Below, in pieces: positions 36,275-41,275 of a stretch of 41,275 nt of DNA (positions are counted from its first letter, which is position 1; every line of letters begins with the position of its first letter). The DNA is taken from the NCBI GenBank assembly GCA_964497545.1, contig CAZCCY010000002.1:14075-55349 (forward strand). The letters are read 5' to 3'. Position numbers and translations under genes: made by a program. The notes under the pieces were generated by a model that was not told the origin of the DNA, searched no databases, and worked only from the letters and a program-made list of their open reading frames with translations. Origin of the DNA: an uncultured Methanosarcinales archaeon (GTDB lineage Archaea; Halobacteriota; Methanosarcinia; Methanosarcinales; CAZCCY01).

Positions 36275-38122
36275 ATGGCGAAGATAATCGGAATAGACCT
36301 GGGTACAAGTAACTCCGCGGCAGCGGTAATGATGGGGGATCGGCCAACCATCATCCCAAGCGCAGAAGGCGCAACAGCCTATGGCAAAGCCTTCCCCAGC
36401 TACGTGGCAATCACCAAGGACGGCCAGCGCCTGGTAGGAGAACCAGCCAAAAGACAGGCCGTGACAAACCCGGATGGCACAATCACAGCCTTCAAAAGAA
36501 AAATGGGGACAGACTACAAATACAACATCCACGGCAAAACCTACACCCCCCAGGAACTCTCAGCCTTCATCCTACAGAAAATAAAAAACGATGCCGAAGC
36601 CTTCCTCGGCGAACCAGTGAACCAGGCAGTAATCACCGTCCCAGCCTACTTTAACGACAACCAGCGCCAGGCCACCAAAGACGCCGGACGCATCGCCGGC
36701 CTCGAAGTACTCCGGATAATCAACGAACCCACCGCAGCCTCCCTAGCCTACGGCCTCGACAAAGAAGGAGAAGCCAAAATCCTCGTCTTCGACCTGGGAG
36801 GCGGCACCCTGGATGTGACCATAATGGAACTCGGTGACGGAGTATTCGAGGTCAAATCAACCTCAGGCGACACCCAACTCGGAGGCACAGACATGGACAA
36901 CCGCCTGGTAGACTACATCGCCGAAGAATTCAAAAAAGAACACGGCATCGACCTCCGCCAGGACACCACCGCAATCCAGCGTCTCAAAGATGCAGCCGAA
37001 AAAGCAAAAATCGAGCTCTCCACAACCCTCCAGACAGACATCAACCTACCCTTCATCACAGCAGACCAGAGCGGACCCAAACACCTCAACATGACCATCA
37101 CCAGGGCAAAACTCGAAGAAATCGTAAGACCAGTAGTAGAAAGATGCCGCCACCCCATAGAACAGGCACTAAAAGACGCAGGCCTCCAGCCAGGCGACAT
37201 CGACAAGATAATACTTGTGGGCGGCCCCACCCGCATGCCCATCGTCCAGAGATTCGTGGAAGAAGTCATCGGCAAAAAAGTCGAACGGGGGATAGACCCC
37301 ATGGAATGCGTAGCCATGGGAGCAGCCATCCAGGCAGGAGTGCTGGCAGGAGAAGTAAAAGACATCCTGCTACTCGATGTAACACCCCTCACCCTGGGAA
37401 TCGAAACCCTGGGTGGAGTCTTTACAAGACTAATCGAAAGAAACACCACAATTCCAACAAGGAAAAGCCAGATATTCTCAACAGCAGCAGACAACCAGAC
37501 CAGCGTAGAAATCCACGTCCTACAAGGCGAAAGAGAAATGGCAAAAGACAACGTAAGCCTCGGACGGTTCACCCTCACCGGAATCCCGCCCGCGCCCCGG
37601 GGCGTACCCCAAATCGAGGTAACCTTCGACATCGACGCTAACGGCATACTACACGTCACAGCCAAAGACCTGGGAACCGGTAAAAGCCAGAACATAACAA
37701 TAAGCGCCCCCCTCAAAATGAGCGAGGAGGAGATACAGGAGAAAATCAGGGAAGCTGAGAAATATCGGGAAGAGGACAAGAAACTAAAAGAAAAAGTAGA
37801 GCTCAAAAACCAGGCAGACGCCCTCATCTACACAAGCGAAAAAACCCTAAAAGAACTGGGCGACAAAGTAACACAAGACCAGAAAACAAAAGTCGAAGAA
37901 GCCATCAAAAAAACCAGAGAAGCCCTAGAAAGCGACGACACAGAAAAAATAAAACAGGCAACAGAAGAACTCACAAAAGAAATGCACACCATAAGCCAGC
38001 TCCTCTACCAACAAACCCAACAAACCCAACAACAGCAACAGCAAGAACAAAAAGAAGACAAAAACAATAAAGAAAAAGTAATGGACGCAGAATACAAAGT
38101 CGTAGACGAAGACAAAAAATAA
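36275..38122 (+). CDS. dnaK: Chaperone DnaK (Hsp70)
   Basis: [39 protein letters not shown]. Confidence 0.98.
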   Translation: MAKIIGIDLGTSNSAAAVMMGDRPTIIPSAEGATAYGKAFPSYVAITKDGQRLVGEPAKRQAVTNPDGTITAFKRKMGTDYKYNIHGKTYTPQELSAFILQKIKNDAEAFLGEPVNQAVITVPAYFNDNQRQATKDAGRIAGLEVLRIINEPTAASLAYGLDKEGEAKILVFDLGGGTLDVTIMELGDGVFEVKSTSGDTQLGGTDMDNRLVDYIAEEFKKEHGIDLRQDTTAIQRLKDAAEKAKIELSTTLQTDINLPFITADQSGPKHLNMTITRAKLEEIVRPVVERCRHPIEQALKDAGLQPGDIDKIILVGGPTRMPIVQRFVEEVIGKKVERGIDPMECVAMGAAIQAGVLAGEVKDILLLDVTPLTLGIETLGGVFTRLIERNTTIPTRKSQIFSTAADNQTSVEIHVLQGEREMAKDNVSLGRFTLTGIPPAPRGVPQIEVTFDIDANGILHVTAKDLGTGKSQNITISAPLKMSEEEIQEKIREAEKYREEDKKLKEKVELKNQADALIYTSEKTLKELGDKVTQDQKTKVEEAIKKTREALESDDTEKIKQATEELTKEMHTISQLLYQQTQQTQQQQQQEQKEDKNNKEKVMDAEYKVVDEDKK

Positions 38123-38136
38123 CTGGCTACAAAGAA

Positions 38137-38176
38137 GCGATTCTGTGAAAACCCAGGGGGAAGTTCACAGAATCGC
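38137..38176. terminator. Perfect 13-bp inverted repeat after dnaK
   Basis: gcgattctgtgaa-N14-ttcacagaatcgc, 15 bp after the stop. Confidence 0.55.
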
Positions 38177-38225
38177 ATTAACTAATTTAAAAAACTGACG
38201 GTAAAAATTTGATGGGATGAACTTT

Positions 38226-38255
38226 GTTTTTTTGTTTCCTGTTTTTTTGTTTCCT
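38226..38255. repeat. 15-bp tandem duplication, T-rich
   Basis: (gtttttttgtttcct)x2. Confidence 0.8.
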
Positions 38256-38404
38256 GAATAAACCACCAGCAGTTTTGAATTGCACTGCTGGTAAGCATCT
38301 AAAATATGAAGGCCAAAACAGATTTCAGCCTGAAAACCACGGTCTGATCACATATTACTGGAGTAAATAGATTTATAACAGACAAAAACATCACAATTGC
38401 AGAG

Positions 38405-38692
38405 ATGGCACTGGAACTTAACAAGAAGACTACAAAGCGTCCTAAATTACAAGACCTTGAGATAGGAGACGTTCTCCACGTAGGCTCAGGTGGAAAAGAA
38501 ATATTTGCAGTACAAAAACTTGGAGAAAATAACTATGCAATGTACCAGGGCGACGAAATCAGGTTCTATGGCCGGGCAGTTATGAACAAAAACATCCAAT
38601 CCTTCACAGAAAGATATCCAGCCGTCTTCTGGATAACACACCCGGAAAACGAAGACGAGGAAAAAGAGAAACAAACCCAAAACCAGTCCTGA
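38405..38692 (+). CDS. Hypothetical protein
   Basis: 95-aa ORF with upstream tttataa TATA-like box and protein-like composition. Confidence 0.7.
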   Translation: MALELNKKTTKRPKLQDLEIGDVLHVGSGGKEIFAVQKLGENNYAMYQGDEIRFYGRAVMNKNIQSFTERYPAVFWITHPENEDEEKEKQTQNQS

Positions 38693-38818
38693 GAATAGGG
38701 AGTGGCCGGCTCCGGCCAAAGTGAAGAATTCATATTTTTGGCAGCAAAAGGTCTAGGACATAATGCTAAATAAGCATTGTGACATATATATGTGACACCG
38801 CTATTGTATGTGTTTTGT

Positions 38819-38901
38819 GCGGAGATAGCCAAGCGGTCAACGGCGGAGGCCTTAAGAGCCTTTCCCATAGGGGTTCAAGGGTTCGAATCCCTTTCTCCGC
38901 A
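38819..38901 (+). tRNA. tRNA-Leu(TAA)
   Basis: gcggaga/tctccgc acceptor stem, gaggc-ct-taa-ga-gcctt anticodon arm, long variable arm, gttcgaatcc. Confidence 0.95.
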
Positions 38902-39024
38902 TATATTCTCCCATAAAAACACCACATTAAACCGACAATCCAGAATGGTGTCCTGGCCGGGTAAAGTTAAAGTAGTTGTCCACACTCTCTCTTTCGGTCA
39001 AGGTATTGCAAGGTGGACGGTTTT

Positions 39025-39432
39025 ATGGAGATTCGGACCAATGATTTTATCAGGGTTCTTGCAGTGGTGGTGGGTCTGGCGTTTGTTCTTATCTCCATTG
39101 CATATGGTTTCAAGTTCATGTTTGACCCTTCTGACGATTTTCTCGTCAAGCTGCCCATGCCTCCTTATTTTCTCCTATTAGTCTTCTCTGTAGGCTTTGT
39201 CCTGGGATCGGTCTTCTTTGAAAACAGGGGGGCTGAATTCCCCTGGCACCTGGTGGGAGGGGCTGTAGCTTCCCTGTGTTTCACATTCCTCCTGGCAGCC
39301 AGTGTTGGCGGTGTCAGATACATTTACAGTAACGGTCTCTCAGGACTGGGGCTGGACAACATCATCTACGCCATTTCCATCTCTATCATTGTTAGCATGA
39401 TTCTCCTGAACCTGGTCACCCACAAACTCTAA
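39025..39432 (+). CDS. Hypothetical membrane protein (about 4 TM)
   Basis: Four hydrophobic segments. Confidence 0.75.
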   Translation: MEIRTNDFIRVLAVVVGLAFVLISIAYGFKFMFDPSDDFLVKLPMPPYFLLLVFSVGFVLGSVFFENRGAEFPWHLVGGAVASLCFTFLLAASVGGVRYIYSNGLSGLGLDNIIYAISISIIVSMILLNLVTHKL

Positions 39433-39525
39433 ATGCTGTTAACCATAAAATTTGGATGGGTTGGTGAGAATTCTTGGAGGGAATTGACCAGTCAAAGGTT
39501 TTCTTTAGATGTACCATCTGTGAGT

Positions 39526-40635
39526 ATGTTTTCCAGGCAGACCCGGACTTCATCCCCATCCGGTGCCCCCAGTGCGGAAGCGAGGAAACCCAGCGGACCT
39601 GACAGGATACGTGACCCTGTCAGCGGTTTTCTGGTGCCCAGGGAATGGATTGGCCGCGCCAAAAAAATGGACCCGGGTGAGCTTGAAGCAGGCATAAAAA
39701 CCGGCAGGCTCATTCTACTCTCGGATGGCACCATCCTGAGGCGGGGATACACCACAGGCACGACAGCCGCAGCAGCAGCCAAGGCAGCAGTCCTCACCCT
39801 CCGGGGGGGTAGAATCGGGGGCGTCCTTGTACCCACACCCAGCGGGTTCAGCGTCTGGCTGCCAGTAACCGCAGAAAATGGCAGAGCCACCGCGGTGAAG
39901 GATGCTGGAGACCACCCCTGGGATGCAACCAGGAACATCAAAATCAAGGCCAGGGCAACCCCAGATTCCAGGGTTAAAATTACACCTGGCAGGGGGATTG
40001 GCACCATCACCCGGGACGGACTCCCCCTGGCCAGGGGCGAGCCTGCCATCAACCCCGCCCCCCGCAGCCAGATAGAAAAAGCAATAACAGAAGCCCTAAA
40101 ACTAACCGGCCAGCCCGGAGTAGAAGTGACAATCTCCATCCCCCAGGGAGAAAAGGTGGCAGAGCAGACCCTGAACCCGAAACTGGGAGTGGAAGGCGGG
40201 ATATCCATCCTTGGCACCACCGGCTTTGTGGAACCCTGGAACAAACACCTACTTGAAGAAAAGCTTGAAGAGATTAAAAAACATCCCCGCGTAGTCCTCA
40301 CCACCGGCAGGACAGGGACCGTCCATGCAAAACGCCTCTTCCCCCACCATGGAATTGTGATGATAGGAAACAACCTAGACCTGACATCAAGGGTCCCCAG
40401 AGACCGTGTAAAAGAAATCATAATCTGCGGGCTTCCAGGGCTCATCCTCAAATACGGAGACCCTGAAATCCTGGAAGGCACAGGCTTTAACACGGTCCAG
40501 GAGATGGTGGATAAAAACCCCGGTCATCCGAGAATTGACGCTGCCCTCAAAAAAGCAGCAGCCCAAACCGGGGGGGCAAGAATCGTCCTTCTGAACCGAG
40601 ATGGAAGCCTGCTACGAGACACAACATCAAAATAA
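39526..40635 (+). CDS. cbiD: Cobalt-precorrin-5B C1-methyltransferase CbiD
   Basis: LRRGYTTGTTAAAAAKAA, KDAGD..DAT, TLNPKLGVEGGISILGTTGFVEPW; start uncertain. Confidence 0.93.
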   Translation: MFSRQTRTSSPSGAPSAEARKPSGPDRIRDPVSGFLVPREWIGRAKKMDPGELEAGIKTGRLILLSDGTILRRGYTTGTTAAAAAKAAVLTLRGGRIGGVLVPTPSGFSVWLPVTAENGRATAVKDAGDHPWDATRNIKIKARATPDSRVKITPGRGIGTITRDGLPLARGEPAINPAPRSQIEKAITEALKLTGQPGVEVTISIPQGEKVAEQTLNPKLGVEGGISILGTTGFVEPWNKHLLEEKLEEIKKHPRVVLTTGRTGTVHAKRLFPHHGIVMIGNNLDLTSRVPRDRVKEIIICGLPGLILKYGDPEILEGTGFNTVQEMVDKNPGHPRIDAALKKAAAQTGGARIVLLNRDGSLLRDTTSK

Positions 40636-40636
40636 T

Positions 40637-41215
40637 ATGAAGATTGTGGGTGTTGGAATCGGGCCTGGAATGCTCACCCTACAGGCAATCCAGGCAATAA
40701 AAAACGCACGAATCGTCTACGGCTCAAAAAGAGCACTGGAATTAGCAGAAAAATACATTCAAGGCGAAAAAAGAGAAATCAAAGACTACCAGAACCTGGA
40801 AATCCCAGAAGACGCCATAGTCCTCTCAACAGGAGACCCTATGTTCTCAGGACTAGGAAAACTGGGAGGCGAAATAATCCCAGGCATATCCTCCCTCCAG
40901 ACAGCCTGCGCCCGCCTGGCAATAGAACAAACCGAAGTCACAACAGTCAACTTCCACGGCAGAAACCCCACAAAAGCCAGAGAAAAACTCCTAGACCAGC
41001 TAAAAAAAGGAGAAACAGTCTTCATCCTCCCAGACCCCCACAAATACGGAGCAAAAGAAATAGCAGAACTCCTCCTAAAAGAAAAACTAACACAATACCA
41101 GATATTCCTACTACAACGACTCGGCTACCCAGACGAAAAAATCAAAAAAGGAACACCCCAAAACCCACCCCAGCCAGAAAACAAACTCTACTCCCTCCTA
41201 ATCAAAAAACTGTAA
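40637..41215 (+). CDS. cbiE: Cobalt-precorrin-7 C5-methyltransferase CbiE
   Basis: IVGVGIGPGMLT, LSTGDPMFSGLG, IPGISS, FHGR, RLGYPDE; follows cbiD. Confidence 0.88.
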   Translation: MKIVGVGIGPGMLTLQAIQAIKNARIVYGSKRALELAEKYIQGEKREIKDYQNLEIPEDAIVLSTGDPMFSGLGKLGGEIIPGISSLQTACARLAIEQTEVTTVNFHGRNPTKAREKLLDQLKKGETVFILPDPHKYGAKEIAELLLKEKLTQYQIFLLQRLGYPDEKIKKGTPQNPPQPENKLYSLLIKKL

Positions 41216-41225
41216 CACCATTAAC

Positions 41226-41275
41226 TTCATCGGCGGGAAGTCCCCTTCCGAAAGGGAGGGGATGAGAGCCGATAA
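41226..41275 (+). mobile_element. Probable end hairpin of an IS200/IS605-family element (cut by the window edge)
   Basis: atcggc...ccccttcc-gaaa-gggagggg...gccgat nested hairpin preceded by ttcat. Confidence 0.5.

Noticed and set aside
36913-37827. Long antisense ORF opposite dnaK (likewise 39492-40493, 28200-29000, 14596-15480, 20317-21174)
   Set aside because: Shadow ORFs produced by codon bias of well-supported genes on the other strand.
38703-38718. Palindrome tggccgg-ct-ccggcca
   Set aside because: Short GC-rich palindrome just after a stop codon, with no other support.
18813-38901. tRNA-anchored integrated element or provirus
   Set aside because: No integrase and no duplicated tRNA 3' end seen near any of the three tRNAs.
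38792-39181. 129-aa ORF
   Set aside because: Runs through tRNA-Leu and overlaps the membrane protein gene in another frame.

Overview
Archaeal chromosomal segment. The cbiD, ileS and pyrH sequence styles, thermosome plus DnaK, AglB, PGF-CTERM proteins, multiheme cytochromes and CCA-less tRNAs suggest Halobacteriota, probably a Methanosarcinia/ANME-like lineage (inference). The first 11 kb holds a GT2 glycosyltransferase converging on a minus-strand run: a three-gene operon resembling the Thermoplasma-type mevalonate pathway (mevalonate 3-kinase, mevalonate-3-phosphate 5-kinase, mevalonate 3,5-bisphosphate decarboxylase), then aglB, a PGF-CTERM surface protein, a hexaheme cytochrome, a lipoprotein and a tetraheme cytochrome resembling archaeal extracellular cytochrome nanowire subunits. 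A degraded IS481-family element borders this run. The middle holds a radical SAM gene, an HTH regulator, two large surface proteins, Zn-ribbon microproteins, argA, tRNA-Arg, ileS, an AT-rich islet (IS4 remnant, DOMON protein, cytochrome b6-like gene without a Rieske partner), valS and a REC-PAS-PAS-GAF-GAF histidine kinase. The right part holds tRNA-Arg, pyrH, a JAMM protease, phoU, a Trm5-like methyltransferase, thermosome-hsp20-grpE-dnaK (no dnaJ), tRNA-Leu, cbiD-cbiE and a probable IS200/IS605 end hairpin. A repeated G+T-rich to A+C-rich gradient runs along most transcription units. All family assignments come from motif recognition by eye; no database searches were run.
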